From Eledone cirrhosa (lineage: Eukaryota): 64,000 bases of DNA. The position numbers were made by a program, and so were the translations under genes. Location: positions 125,116,001-125,180,000 of the forward strand of contig OZ024740.1 of assembly GCA_964016885.1 (NCBI GenBank), given 5' to 3'. Under the pieces are notes generated by a model, which saw nothing but the letters and a program-made list of their open reading frames with translations, was not told the DNA's origin and ran no database searches. Positions 35,561 to 49,574 of the stretch are shown piece by piece (within the stretch, counting starts at the first letter, position 1; every line of letters begins with the position of its first letter).

Positions 35561-36539
35561 TAAATTAGTAACATACCTACTTAACCTAGCCAATTATTAT
35601 TATTATCATTACTATTGTTTCTTCGCTCAGCTAACACTGGAGATATATTATTATTATAGGGTTATGCCCCTTTACGATCTGAGTTAAAATCCTGTTAGGT
35701 CTAGCTTTGCCTTCCATCCTTACATCGATAAAACAAAGAATCAGTAATGCACTGGAGTCAATTTAATCGGCTTTCCTCTCGCCTTCAAATTGACAAACAA
35801 TTAAGTATTTATGATCCAAATGTAAATGTACAATGTCTGATCAGCTCTAATTCAATCTGTTAGCATTTAATCATTTCATTAAATATCTGAATCCCTGCTT
35901 AATTGCAGATTACTGACGAAAGCTTTTGGTTTTTCATCTAATTGCTTGTTTACATATTGGAATATGTCACAGCTGCTTGATATGATATGAAGAATGTGCA
36001 TTTAGATTATTTATGCAAGAAAATAGTTAATACACAAAATATGTACGTTTTAAATTCCTATATGCGAGCATTAGCATTGGATGTGTTCACATGTGTGTAT
36101 CTTGTTAATTGTTTAAAGTTAGTAAAAATGACAAAATATTATCCATATCTGAATTTTCCCAGACAATATCCACCACGAAAAGTGCGATATGATCTAGTTA
36201 TTATTTTTCTACAACCAACCTCATTGTTCAAAGATGGTATTTTGGATGCTTTCACATTGTGCGAGCATATGGATATATATATGTGCTTATGTAGAGGTTG
36301 TAGATTCAATGTGTCTCTTTCTGTATTCTCAGTTTTGCATTATATTTCTTAATCTTTCTTTGACATAGAACTTTTTTCAAATGAATATTCTATTTTGAGT
36401 ATAGTTTTTGTCCATGTTTGTTCGTGCAGTTATATATTGTCAATATATTTAAAGTAATTAATGTTTTCATATGGATATTCCTTTTCGTATTCATATACAG
36501 ATAGCTGCCTTAAAATTTATCATTCTTCAGTTTAGTTAC

Positions 36540-37590
36540 AGGAAAGCCACACACATAAGAAAATATTGATAACATTTTACTGCAAGAACATACTCTCACA
36601 GCAAATAGAGAACAGTGGTTGTCTATATAAGGAAAACAATGGTGAAAGCCACATAGTTGGAGATGCTCTCAAGAAAGAATAAAATGAAACCAAAAAGAGC
36701 TGTAAGCAATGTGAAATAATAGATAAAGTTTAAAGAGCAACAAAAATTGCAGTAAAATATGAAACCTGAATGCGACCTCTCTCTAATTAGACTGTAAACT
36801 ATTTAACAAAAATTTAATGAAATCCATAAACTGCTGAGTAATTACAATGGCATGGTACATAATACATCTATCTAAGTTCGGCAAAGCAGTAAATCTAGTA
36901 AAGCTAGATGGAATTTATTAAAAAGATTCTTTGAAGAACCTGGGAATCAGCAAACAAGACAAAAAGAGGTCAGATATGTCTAGAGAATGAAAAAATGCAT
37001 ACAAGTAATGAAATGTTAGAGTGGCATATTATAAAGTACTGATAAAATGTGAATGGATACAAATCGTATGGAAGAGATAGATCAGAAGAAGTAACAGTAT
37101 TCTATTAAATAAAAATCAGCACATACAATGCTCAGTGAAAAACCAAAAGTAAAATTTGGAGATAGAGAAATAAAAATGCATGCCTAAAGAATGAATGCAG
37201 TAAGAAAATAAATGATATATGGAAAGAAATCGGCTGCAATCAGAAAGAGAAATAAAGCGTAAGTAGTATAAAAATAAAACTCTATAGAGTAAAATATTTA
37301 ACAGTTTAGATGAAAAACATCCTAGATGTTTCACTGTCACTAAAATTCCTGATAAATTTGTCCTACCATTAACATACAAGAACAAATTTTAGAAACAAGA
37401 TGGAAGAAATTCTGAGAGATGGAAATTATATAAAACTTATTCAGGCTATGTAAAGAAGAGACAGTCTATCATTTGCTGTCTAGGTGTAAAATACTTGCAG
37501 GGAATTATAATGTTAAAAAGTATGATTATGTACTGATAGTCTTAACAGTAGCTTGAGCAAATGAAAAAGTATTTATTGAAGAAAATAATT
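36540..37590 (+). mobile_element. Old R4/Dong-type (RLE) non-LTR retrotransposon remnant
   Basis: IQEQILETR (about 37370-37400), then RLCKEETVYHLLSRCKILAGNYNVKKYDYVLIVLTVA*A, matching the CCHC plus RHN/D region of R4-clade elements. The 5' boundary is uncertain. Confidence 0.6.
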
Positions 37591-38159
37591 ATATGGCTAC
37601 TACTAATAATGATATTTATACTGAATTTTTGATCAAAGTTTTTGTCTAAATACATTATCTTGTAATTTCTCCCATACAGACATAAGTTACAATGTGGTAG
37701 CAATGTTAGATCAGCAAGTCACTAGACCAATCACGTTGGGCAAATCTACAAAGGTCAATTCCTAAAAGATTTCAGATGTTTTATTTGAGCATATAAATTT
37801 TGTTATTTTGAGGCACTTGAAATAGGTATTTAAAGTTGGTTTCAGATATTCTTTTACACCATCTTATTTCATGAACACATTTGCATGATGTAGTTGCTGC
37901 CTAATAGTTGACTCATACAACTTACCTATTTACCAACATGTATCTTTAATTGTGCCTTGGATATATTCCAAGTACCCTTAATCATACAGATATATTTCCA
38001 GTATTTATAAACTAGAGGTTCTCACAATTTTGGGGCCACTGCCCTCCTCACAGCCACGTAATACCCTCAGCGTCCCCCCCTGCCCTATTTACAGAGAGAC
38101 CTGCCTACACACAAATTGTAAATAATATATAATAAATAAAATCATTAATTTATATATAA

Positions 38160-41100
38160 CTAGCAGAAGAACCCAGCGTTGTGAAAGTTACATCCCACGC
38201 ATCACAGGTGCAAAAACCTTCGAACCGCAAAGAAAAAAAAACAGAGGTTAGTAGAAGCAGGTGTGTAAAAGAGCATAAATAATGGATCAATTGTAGGTTC
38301 ACAGTGTATCGTTGAAATTGTTCTTTGTACGACTGACGGAAGTCAAATTCACTTGAAATTGAATTTTCAGTTGATCTTTAAAGCAAGGTGAAAAAGTCGA
38401 TTTTTTCACAGTTTTTTTTGTTTTTTTTTACAAGTTTCGCGCTCACATGTGCAAAAGAAGAAATAAAAGGGACTTTATCTGAACCGCGGCATAATGTCGA
38501 GTCTTTTGTGACAGTTTTCAAGAAAATCGGACGTTCCTGTAAAAAGTTTTCCCATGTGCAAATTTGCCTTGCTTTTTGCGCAAAGTCGAACCCCGCTTCA
38601 GTTTTATTGATTTTTTACATGAATGCGTGACCTCTGAAGTAGATTTGAGTACCTGTCCCGGTAAATTTGCTAGAGGTGAAAAAAAGTTGATCAAAATTGT
38701 GTCTAGGGTTATTGCCCTTTGCAACAGCCTCAACGTGTCTTCAAGTATTGTTTGTTAATTTGTTGTGGAACTAAATCGACTTTCGTCAAATCGGACCGAG
38801 GAAACAATGTTTCCATTTGTCTTTCTAGCTGGTGTACCCGGTTACACTCGGAGTTATAAGGCGCTGGATTTAAACGGGTCTGCGCTAAATGCCAGAAGGA
38901 TGCTTTAACCGAAATAAATGAAGAACAAACGTTTCTTTTTGTGCTCCAATCTGTGATATTGGTATTTTGAAAAAAATAGTCCACAAACATCCATAGAGCA
39001 TGTGTAACGCATGTATCAGGTTATGAGAAAAAGGCTTTTCGATTCTCCATTCATAAGATACCAAAAAATTGCACGCAAATAAACCGGGATTTTAAGCCAC
39101 TGCCCAATTCATAGCTGAAAGGTAAGAATCAAGTGGAATAATGTTTTGCGACATTGTCAAATGTACAACCGTACAAAAGCAAAGGATATAGCCATTGAAA
39201 TCTAGGTAGACCAAAGAATTTGGTGGGGTTGTATATCAGAGGATTATTTTCCTTGTGAGTCGCGTCTAGCCTACAAAGTGAAGTTAGATGATTTTAGTCG
39301 GTGTTGTATCAATAAAAAATAAAAGCATACGGAAGACTGAACACTTACGAATTAAGTGAAAATCACGTTGATATTCCTAACAAAGCAACATGTACCGAAA
39401 AACCTGACGGACTGTTGTGTCAATATTGAAATCGTAAAAATTGCGAATCCCGACCTCTAAGATGTAATGGATAGGCCTTGGAAGTGAAGAGGAAGAATTG
39501 GTAGAATTGTTTTGTTGAACACGTTGACCATTAATTTAAATAGACTTACGCAGCATCATCGTGCGGTGTTGTTGTTTATGGCCTAGAATGAGGGCCGGTT
39601 AAACGCGGCAGAAAAATAAGCCATGCTGATGATGTTTAGGGGCGTCGCAGGGAATAGATGCGGCATTGTGAGTCAATTGTGAGGACAGTGGAAGGCACGC
39701 TGATCGCTTAAGAAGACGCGATGCTACACAGGATGCTTCTCGGCCATAATTGAGAGAAAGGCATGTCAGGAGAAATGAAAGAGTTGCTATTCATCCTTTG
39801 CTTAGCATGATGAACATGTTATTAAAAAGATTTACCATGGACTATCATACACGTTGTATTGTGTTTAGCCTGCGAAAATCTGTGGTCAAATGGGGCAACA
39901 ATAAGCCATGCTGATGACGTTTAAGCGGGTGGCAAGGAATTAATGCGGTATAGATAGCCATGGGAGTCTTGAAGGAGCACGGCTGTCAGGAAAAATAAAG
40001 GGCCGCGGAGGGGATGGTGGCTGACAATGCATGGATGCGGCATCCTGAGGCATGACGATGCAGTGGGACGACGGCCAGCAGGCAAGGAAGGGTGCAGGAG
40101 TGGACGGTGGCAAGGGTGTCGCATGGTGAGCCATGGCAGTCTTGAAGGAGCACTGCGGGCAGGAAAAAGAAAGGGCCGAGGAGGGGATGGCGGCTGACAG
40201 AGCATTGATGCGGCATGGTGATGCATGATCATGCAGTGGGATGACGGCATGCAGGGAACGGAGAGGGCAGGGGTTGACGGTGGCAGGGATGCGACTTGGT
40301 CCCTCAAGACTGCCATGTCTAGGCAGTGGAAAGGGTCGGGGAGTGGATGGCGGCTGACAGGGTAGGGATGCAACATGATGAGGCATGACGAAAGGGCAGG
40401 GTGCATGGCGGCTGATAGGACGTGCATGCGGCATGCCAATTGAGTTGCACCTCGGGAATGTAGAGAGCAACGGGAGGCACGATGATTGTTTGAGAAAACC
40501 AGGTGCAAGGCAGGATGTTTATCGGCCATACATGATCGGTTGGCTTTGGGGGAGAAAGGGATGAATTTTGTTTAATTTTGTTAAATATGGTCAAAATGAT
40601 TGTAAAACGATTTACACAGGATCGTCTTCATGTTCGGTGCTGTCTTTGGTCTGAGATAATGGGCGGTTATGTGCGGCGCAGGAATAAACCATGCTGATGA
40701 TATTTGAGCAAGTTTCTGACAGGGCAGGAATGCTGCATGGTGAGCCATAGCAGTCGTGAGGGACCAAGGCGTGCGGGCAGAGGAGAGGGCAGGGGTTGAC
40801 GGTAGCAGGGAGGCGGCTTGGTTAGGCATGGCAGTCTTGAAGGAGCACGGTGGGCAGGCAAAATAAAGGGCTGAGGAGGGGATGGTGGCCGACAGGGCAG
40901 TAATGCGGCATGGTGAGGCATGACGATGCAGTGGGACGACGGCGTGCAGGGAAGGAAGAGGTCAGGGGTTGACGGTGGAAGGGATGCGGCTTCGTCAGGC
41001 ATGGAAGTCTTGAGCTCTCACGAAGTGTAGGCAATGGAAATGGGCAGGGGTGGACGGTGGCAGGGATTCGGCTTGTTGAGCCTTGGCAGTCCTTAGGGAC

Positions 41101-41364
41101 CACGGAGGGCAGACAATGGAAAGGGCCGGGGAATGAATTGCGGCTGACAGGGCAGAGATGCGCATGGTGATGCACAACGATGCAGTGGGTCGACGGCGTG
41201 CAGGGAAGGGAGCGGGCAGGGGTTGACGGATGCCTCATTATGCTACGGTAGTGGGACCACGGGAATGAAGAGAGCGCATGGAGGCTCGATTATCGCTTGA
41301 GAAGACTGGGCGCAATACAGGATGATGCGCGGCGGTATAGTCTTGATAGTCCTTATATAAGAAA
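38160..41364 (-). mobile_element. Non-autonomous Helitron-like element carrying a GC-rich tandem array
   Basis: Minus-strand 3' end ...caacgctgggttcttctgCTAG|T, with the same hairpin remnant as the Helitrons at 50281 and 56479. The putative 5' end at ttatataagaaa|t (41364) lacks a clean TC. Confidence 0.6.
39590..41300. repeat. GC-rich ~172-bp tandem array with higher-order duplication
   Basis: catgg(c/g/a)agtcttga recurs at about 39959, 40131, 40827 and 40999 (172-bp spacing within each pair). aataa(g/a)ccatgctgatga recurs at about 39615, 39900 and 40683. Confidence 0.85.
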
Positions 41365-42249
41365 TGAAAGAATCGGCATAAAAGGTTTGCTGAATGTGGT
41401 GAGCGTTAATTTAAAGAGACTTACGGTGGTTAATCCTGATAGATTGAACGTTTTTTGCATGGCGGGAGTCATGACAAATGGAAGCAAGAAGAATGGCGTT
41501 TTTCGGTTGCAGAACCTCTATTCTAAACCTCTATTCTAAACCTATTGACTTATCAAATTACACTGATTCTTAAACATACAATCCAATAAGCATATTACAA
41601 GTGTACAATGAGAGGGACATCAGATGGGCTATTCAGTCTGTTAGAAATAGCAACCAAATCTTCCTGCAATCACACCATCAGTCCTAAGAAAATAGACATA
41701 TTGGATAATGTAGTCTTGAACACACTGTACCTGTAACACCTAATCTGTTCATTGGGTATATAAAGTCACAGATAAGATGAAGTTAGCCATTGCTATCCGT
41801 CAAGATTACACGGCTGGTGTAATGTGGAGCTGCATAATAATAGAGGTAATAGCGATGTTTGAATAAACATACTTCTAGATAGAATATGATGCATCATTTT
41901 ACACCCACTTTTCCATGCTTGCTTAGGTATTACCACTTGTAATTTCTTTCAGGCTTCCTGAGATTAGTCTTCACACTTCTTTCCATTTTTTTCTTTTTGA
42001 CATATGCCTTCTACTTGAATCACATGCCACTTCTTCATCTAATTGTCATTGTTCATATGCACCACACATATGTACATCACATACAACATCTATTTCATGT
42101 TATCCCTTTTGTTACTGCACATCTAATGAAGGATACTGCTTATAATTTTGAAATAATTTTGAAAATAATTAAAAGTTTGGAGCAATGTAATAATAATTTC
42201 TTTATTAGCTACACAGGGCTCATATTAAGGAAACATTATACAAGATAGG

Positions 42250-42422
42250 GCGGTGGAGGGTCGGACGCCATGCTCTCCAGCATAGTTATGTCTCTTTACG
42301 GTCTGGGTTCAAATCCCGTCGAGGTTAACTTTGCCTTTCATCATTACGGGGTCGATAAAATAAAGTACCAGTAATGTACTGGGTAATTGCTGGCCTTGTG
42401 CCAAAATTAGAAACAACTATTA
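42250..42422 (+). mobile_element. Family A SINE
   Basis: gagggtcggacgccatgc...gggttcaaatcccgtcgaggttaactttgcctttcatcattacggggtcgataaaataaagtacc. Confidence 0.88.
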
Positions 42423-43554
42423 AAGATGGTAATAATTAACTTTCTCATTATTAACACAGTATTTGAAACGTAAAGATTCTTACATAAAATTAGGATGGAA
42501 TATTTTTAGATAAATATATATACTTTAAGATACTCAGATTTGTATTATAACACAGGGGGTGGTTTTGTATCAAAAGGGTTTTACTCTTTTCATCTCTCAT
42601 CTTATGTTTTCCACCATTCATACACATTAACATTACACAAGCAACAGAGTTGGATTGCTTCATTTCTTTCAATTGAAAAAAAGAAAATTATCGACAATAT
42701 TTCTGTGACCAATTTCCATAGTTTCCTGGCCATTTCAACCTACTACACATATGACGTTTTATTAACATAGTCACACGTGCAGTTTATTCATTTCCCTATG
42801 TTTTATTTCTCATACTCATGAGAAGGTGAATGTACTATTTTATAGATTACTGTATTCAGTCAAAGAAAAGCCATGCCATATTTACTAGTTTGAAGTTGGC
42901 TCTTGAAGTATGCAAAACACTTGCATTATCACTTTATTTGATCTATAAAAATAAATAAAACCATAAATCTAAAATCTTCATTACCGTTTTCAATATCAGA
43001 GCAACATAGCAACATCTAAAAGCTGGTAACAAAGTTTGAAATATTTAAAACTTTTACTTATTATATATTATCTAGCTTTACTTCAAACTATGGTAACTAA
43101 GAAAGTTATAGAGAGTAGCCATTTTCAGTGTTTCCAATATTAATACATTTCATTACACTAGCTATCATGAAAGCTGCTGTAGAACACTGTAGCCTCAGAA
43201 GAGTTAACTCAATGGTTATTGGATTTATTTTTAGAACATTTATAAATAGTAACTAACCACAGCACTTAAGTGTCAGTATACCTGTAATATCTGTTCTGGA
43301 TCTCAGCACTGAATTTAAATCCTGAAAGGAGAAAAAATGAAATACCATTCCAGGTAGTATAACTATAGCATTGGATAAGACAGCTTACAGCATTGGCTCT
43401 GGCCTTTTGCATTCTGAGTTCAAATCCTGCTGCAGTACATTTCTGAGGTAAATTTAATCTGTGACACAGTTTAACACCACCACTTGACCCTAGGTTAACT
43501 TTACAAGTGTCTACTCTATTACAAGCATCCAGGCCATACTTCTAAATTGAAGTT

Positions 43555-43828
43555 GCATGGACTAATAGTTAAGGCATTGAACTTGCATTGATAATTTCAT
43601 GGTTTTGTTTCTTGGACCAGGTAATGCATTATGGTTTTGATCAAAACACTTCATTTCGCATTGTTCCAGTACATTCAACTGAAAAATGAGTACCAGCCAT
43701 AGCTGATGGTTAACCCTACAATAGACTGGCATCCTGTCCTGAGGGAAATCTTGTATTCTCAGTCACTTAACATTGATGAAACTGGGATAAGCACTGGCAA
43801 TCAGGCCTGAGACAGACTTTATCTTTTG
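43555..43828 (+). mobile_element. Family B SINE
   Basis: aaaacacttcatttcgcattgttccagtacattcaactgaaaaatgagtaccagc...taaccctacaatagactggcatcctgtcc...gaaactgggataagcactgg...agacttt. Confidence 0.8.
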
Positions 43829-44538
43829 AACTAACTCTAGTATGAGGATACTGTCCCTCTATCTATCTCACCAGGTTCAGAACTCAAGAAAATGGCCATG
43901 CCACTGCCTTTTTCTTTCTGATTATGCAATAGACAAACAAATACCACCAAGTTTTAAACAACTTGTAGATTTTACTTAATATATTATTCAATCCATGAAG
44001 AAAATATTCCTATTAAAGTTAATAGACTAAATCTATTGTGATGTTATTATATTCATTAACTATCTGTATTGTTTCTTTGCTGATCATTAATGGTGTTTTA
44101 TAATGTCAGTCACAGGTAGTGATCAAGATAAATCACACCAAAACAAAAGTATGGAAACACATACAGCACAACAAATATTGAACAAGAAAAAAACACAACT
44201 TCACAAATGAACTCCACAACCACAAATCAAGCAATTGAGAACAACAAAAAACAACAACGACAACAATGACAACAATGACATCAACAACAACAGCAACCAT
44301 AAAAAATCTTTTGCCACAATAAGCAAAGGAACTTTTACAAATATTGATATTTCCAATGCGAAGGAAATGATCAATGAATGAAAAAAATATATTACCTTCG
44401 AGGAAAAAGAGGGATTTTAAATCACCTTTCCACCACAAATAAAAGCCGACACTATGCGAATAACTGTGATTTTTCGCACGATTCTGAACAAACAAAAAAA
44501 AAACGGCTTTCCTTACTCAAGGTGAAATTGAAATTGTC

Positions 44539-45819
44539 TTGAAAAAGGCAATGCCGGAAATACAATACATACAAAGGACTAAACTGTATGGAAGCATTTC
44601 GGTGATCTTCAAAAGTGAGGCCCTTGCGAAAAAATACTCAGTGACCCCGGTCACCTCTGCCACACACACCTTTTTCCCTACATACATTGGAAAAAGAACA
44701 CAAAGAATAAGCATCACAAATATACCACCCAACATTAACATCTGGTGGATTCTGGTAGGGTTCTTGGATGAAGATGAAGACACAATACTGTTGATTCAAA
44801 AATCCACAAGAAACACCTGGAACGGCACAAGCTTGGAAATTTTGGTCCAAATGAAACCGGACAGAATTGCCAAGATACCAGAAAGGGTGCCAGTAGACAA
44901 TACCAATTACATCCACATTTCAGCAGTTGGAGGGAGGCCACATTGTTTTAAATGCACGAGCACATTGCATTTAAAGGCCTCCTGTCCCCTCTTACGATCC
45001 CCCCCTCCAAAGTACTTTTACCAACACCAACTCCAAAACCACAACAACAACAACAACAACACTCAAAACAAGCAAACACACAAAAACAAACAACTGTTCA
45101 ACCACAAACAACAGAAAAAACACAAACAATTCCCCTGAAAAACACAGTTCCGCCCCATTCCACTCCATCCAACACTACCACAATCACATACACAAACACA
45201 CCATCACCACACAACATACCCCACCCACACGCCCCATCACCAGACGAGGCTACTTCTCCATCCCCAGGTGAAGATGAAGGAGAGCCTCGTAAATCAAAAA
45301 AAAACAAAAAAAGAGACACCACAAAGCCACAAAAACAACAATCACCAACACAAACACACTACCACCAACACAAATAACAACACAACACCACCACAGTCAC
45401 CCCCCCCCCCTACCAGCAAAACAAACACCAACACCACCCAAAACACAAATGCCCACCATAAAAAGAAAACTACAAAATGAACAACAAACCAAAACAACAC
45501 AACAAAAATCAAACAACAAAACACATACATTAACACAAACAACAAAAACCTAATGGAGGTCATGTCCCAAGACCCCAAAGTAGAAACTGAGGCGGAAACT
45601 TTTGTAAAAGAAAAAGACACTCAACCACACCTAAAACTGATAAGGGTTTCGATAGAGACCTATCAGACATTGAAAGAAAAGTTCTCACAGAACGTTGGCA
45701 ACCCCTGCCAAAAACCAATAAACCGTGTCCTGTTGAAATGTTTCCCCACCCCACTCAACACCCCCTCCAGAACTGAAATGGACATTGAACAACCCGATCA
45801 CCAGGAAACGAAAATGTAA
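44539..45819 (+). pseudogene. Tx1/L1 ORF1 (gag-like, CX2CX4HX4C knuckle, low-complexity tail)
   Basis: ORF 44539..45138 contains CFKCTSTLHLKASC. It continues through frameshifts in a Pro/Thr/Gln-rich region to about 45819. Confidence 0.8.
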
Positions 45820-45860
45820 GTGCACCTTATCGTCCTTTTTGCCAACCCTTCTCCACCAAC

Positions 45861-48800
45861 ATGGCTGACTTACGAGCTGGAAGCGTGAATGTGCGTGGCC
45901 TAGGGATGCCCTGGAAACAGTGCCAACTTTTAAACGACCTTAGGTCACATGGTATAAATGTAATAGCCATCACCGAGTCCAGGATCCACAACAGGCAGCA
46001 CTAACCCCCATCTACAATGACTTTGAGATCTACGCATCTCTCTGTCAGCCGGGAGGTGGAGGGGAGTGACTGTCATGTTTCGGAAAAACCTGGATCTCGA
46101 AGTACAGCAACTACACTTGGACCCGGATGGTAGACTGGTAGTCCTAGACGTGAACAGTATTGGAGGTGGAGCCTTCAGACTGGTGGCCGTTTATGTCTCG
46201 ACCGGGCAATCACAATCGCGGCCAGACTTCTTTAAGCGTCTGGAGTATTTTCTGGGAACGTCTCGCTCCTTGCTTTTAGTGGGGGACTGGAATGGTATCC
46301 TAGATACACAATGGGACTCTGTGGGAGCATGTCCCAGTAAAGCGGGGTGCAACAGCCTCAAAAATCTAATCGGCCAATTCCAACTGGCCGATAGATATCG
46401 ACTAGATTTCCCAACTGCACCAGAGTGGACGTGGGAAAACCGCAGCGGGACATCTAGATCGTATCTAGATAGGTTTTTCATTAGAGAAAAGGACAAGAAG
46501 ATGTTAAGCTGTCCACAAATGCACATGGCTGCCTATTCAGATCACAAACTAGTCGTTTGCATAGCCAACCGTGATAGAATACATAGACAAGGACCGGATA
46601 CTGGAAGCTGAACGTGTCGTTGCCTGCACGAAAAGCCTACAGTGAACGGATAAGTAGATTAGTTAAGCAAGAGTTGACGGGAGCCATTGTCAACAACAGA
46701 TGGTGGTACTCTCTCAAGAGAGCAATTATAGTAGAATCGATAGGGTTTAGCAAAGAATTAGCTTTAGAGAAAAATGAGAAAAACAAATCAGAAACAAAAC
46801 TAGTAGCCAAAGTAGAAGAGGCGCTTAGGAGTGGCAACGCAGCAAGAGTGTTAGCATCGAGAACGGCACTGGACCAGTTCTTCGACGCAAAACACGAAGG
46901 CTGCGTGATCAGAAGTAAATCACGTGCTCTAGGAAACGAGGGAGCAAAAGCTGTTAGCTGGGCCCAAGGGGCGGAAGTGAAAAGTGGCAACAAGTCCACG
47001 ATTCGGTCTTTGAAAGACCAAAACGGACGCGTGCTGCTTGACCTCAGGCAGATGTGCGCGGCTTTTCAGTGGCACTTTGCGCGACTGTTTGAGCAGAACG
47101 ACGATGCACCGAACGGGGCAATGGACTTTGGTCATACCTCGACGGCCTGCCGCGTCTCTCGAACATGGACGCTGAATTCTGCGAAAGACCGATCACAGCC
47201 ACTGAGTTACGGGACGCTCTGGGCCGCTGCGGGAAACGCAAATCCCCCGGTCTAGATGGTCTATCCTATGAGTTTTACATAGGCATGCCGGACTTGTTCT
47301 CTGGCGTCCTCGAAGCCGTCTACTACAATTGGCAGCAAAACGGGACAATTCCCAGTTCTGCAGGCAAGGGCGTAGTAACGCTGATCAGGAAAGACGAGAA
47401 CAAGGGGGACGAAATAAACAATTTCAGGCCCATAACTCTGCTCAACACAGAGTTAAAGATTTTGGCCAAGGTGCTAGCAACGAGGCTGGCGCTTGTCGTT
47501 GAAAACCTGGTAGGGAAAGCGCAAACGTGTGCAATACTGACCAGGTACGTACACGACAACCTCCACCTCATGCGAAAAATCATAGAGAGGGTGGGGTGTA
47601 AACCCGGCTTCGGTGGCGCTCTGATAAATTTAGATCAGTCTAAGGCATTCGATAGGGTCGACCATCGATACTTGGAAGCGGTTCTCAAGGCGGCCGGTTT
47701 CGGTTCCGTTTTCAGAGGCTGGATCAAGGCGATGCATACCAGCATTTGCTCGAAGGTCAAGGTGAACGGGTACCTATCGGAGCCGTTCGCAATCACGCAT
47801 TCCATTCGACAGGGATGCCCTCTCTCCTCCATTCTGTACGTATTGACTCTAGAGCCACTACTGCGGAAGTTGGAGCTTTTGCAGGGCATCCCTTTAGAAC
47901 CGGGACTGCGAAAAGCGGCGTCGGCTTATGCCGACAACATGACTGTAATGGTGTCGAAAACCTCGGAAATCGAGGTAATCGGCAACCTATTACAGGAATA
48001 CGAAAGGTTCACAGGAGCAAAACTGAACCCGGACAAGTTTTTCGGTTTGCAACTCGGAACGTTGAAAGGCAAACCGATGCCGTCCGACACCATCGTCAGA
48101 CGCTGGACGAAAGGACCGGTGAAATTGCTCGGAGTCTGGTTCGGTCCAAACCTCCAGGTGGAGAAAAAATGGAACGAGTTCATTTGAACTCACCCAGAAG
48201 TGGGCAGAGTGCAAACTGTCTTTGAAATGTCGAGCGGAGGTGGCGAACACTTTCATAGCGTCCGTCATCTACTACCGCTTGACTGTCGTGCCTTGACCCA
48301 GTGAATACCTCACCAAGATGGAACGCATGCTCTTCCAGTTCCTGTGGAAGAAGGAGGCTCCACTGCTGAGGAGATCCGTCTGCTGTCAACACCCTTCCAA
48401 CGGAGGGCTGGGCATGCCGTGGCAAACATGCGCTGAGGCTACGGCATCTTCAGGTATTCCTCACCGACCAACCGGTGTGGGAACCGTTTGTGAGACAGGC
48501 CTTCCCACAACTTGTCTCGCTGACGGAGCTGCAGTCCTGGGTCAAGCGAAGACCGAAGAAGATGGGCGCTCACAGTCCTCTGTCAAGCGGGCACAGCAAT
48601 CAGTGGAGACTCCACTTCGACATTCTATAGAGGGTTAGTACTTTACAAGTGCGACGACGTGCTTGGGGAGACTCTAGGCGTCGAAGACTTTCCGCCCAGG
48701 ACCTACGGACAACTTCCAGAGGTACCTGGCCTGACAGTGCTACCGAGGAACTCTACCCGTCCGAGATAAGATCTACAGGCACGGACGCCCCGGCAGGGAT

Positions 48801-49227
48801 CCTTCCAAGAGGACGTGTCCAAGATGCGAGCAGGACATTGAAACCGTCTTGCACGCAATTGTACATTGCCCGGGCGTAAGCGACCTGTGGAACTATTTAG
48901 AACAACTGCTGTCGCGTATGGGACAAATTGACTGCCGAGTCCATAGTAAGGATCAAACCGCCAGCCTCTTTCAAAAACGAAAGAGAGGCGGTTTTCCTCT
49001 GTACAGTGGCTATGGTGAAAGAGGTTATATGGTGGACGAGATTGAGAGGACTGAGGACAGATGCCTTTCTCTCCGGACAACGATTGTTTCCCTTCTTTAA
49101 GTATCACTTTAGAAGAAGAATCAGAGTGGAGAGAGAGGCACTGCACCCCAGTAAATTTACTGAAAGGTGGGTGAATGAAGCGAAAATAGCCCGAGTGATT
49201 GGGCCTTCTCTGTTTATAAGCCTGTAG
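45861..49227 (+). pseudogene. Tx1/L1 ORF2 (APE endonuclease, RT, CCHC)
   Basis: MADLRAGSVNVRGL at 45861; GDWN, SYLDRFF, SDHK; KSPGLDG, NFRPITLLN, LDQSKAFDRVDH, RQGCPLS, AYADN (YADD mutated); CPRC...ETVLHAIVHC. Several frameshifts. Confidence 0.92.
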
Positions 49228-49574
49228 GTTAAAGAAGAGAGCAAAAGGGAGAAAGGAGCACTTGCACAACACGCTCCTGAAGTTGAGGGTTGTTCTATCG
49301 ATGGGGTATTAAACAACCCATTTGTGGTTTCACCCCCCCCCCCTATTGGGGATTTCGATTATTTGTTTTATATTTTGTTTTACACGACTGTATGTAAAAT
49401 CCCCGGCGTGTGTCTTTGTATTATCCCCTTTTCTTGTGCGCCCTTGTGGAAAATAAAGAAATATTTCTCCTATATTAACATAGATGCCACACGTAAGAAA
49501 ACATCCATGCAATGAAATTTGAACTAAGAACAAAGAATTGTTAATCGACAGCTAAAGTTGAAAGGAAAAATAAG

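Larger units (their letters stand above)
38013..41520. mobile_element. hAT-type MITE split by a ~3.2-kb insertion
   Basis: TIRs tagaggttct (38013-38022) and agaacctcta (41511-41520); 8-bp TSD ttataaac / ttctaaac (7 of 8 match). Confidence 0.7.
44105..49465 (+). mobile_element. Tx1/L1-clade LINE, near full length, disrupted
   Basis: ORF1 with a gag-type zinc knuckle; ORF2 with APE, RT and CCHC; T-rich 3'UTR ending near aaataaa. The 5' boundary is approximate. Confidence 0.92.

Noticed and set aside
39921-41238. Overlapping 100-200 aa Pro/His-rich minus-strand ORFs
   Set aside because: They are a by-product of the GC-rich tandem array; several frames are open and no domain is recognisable.
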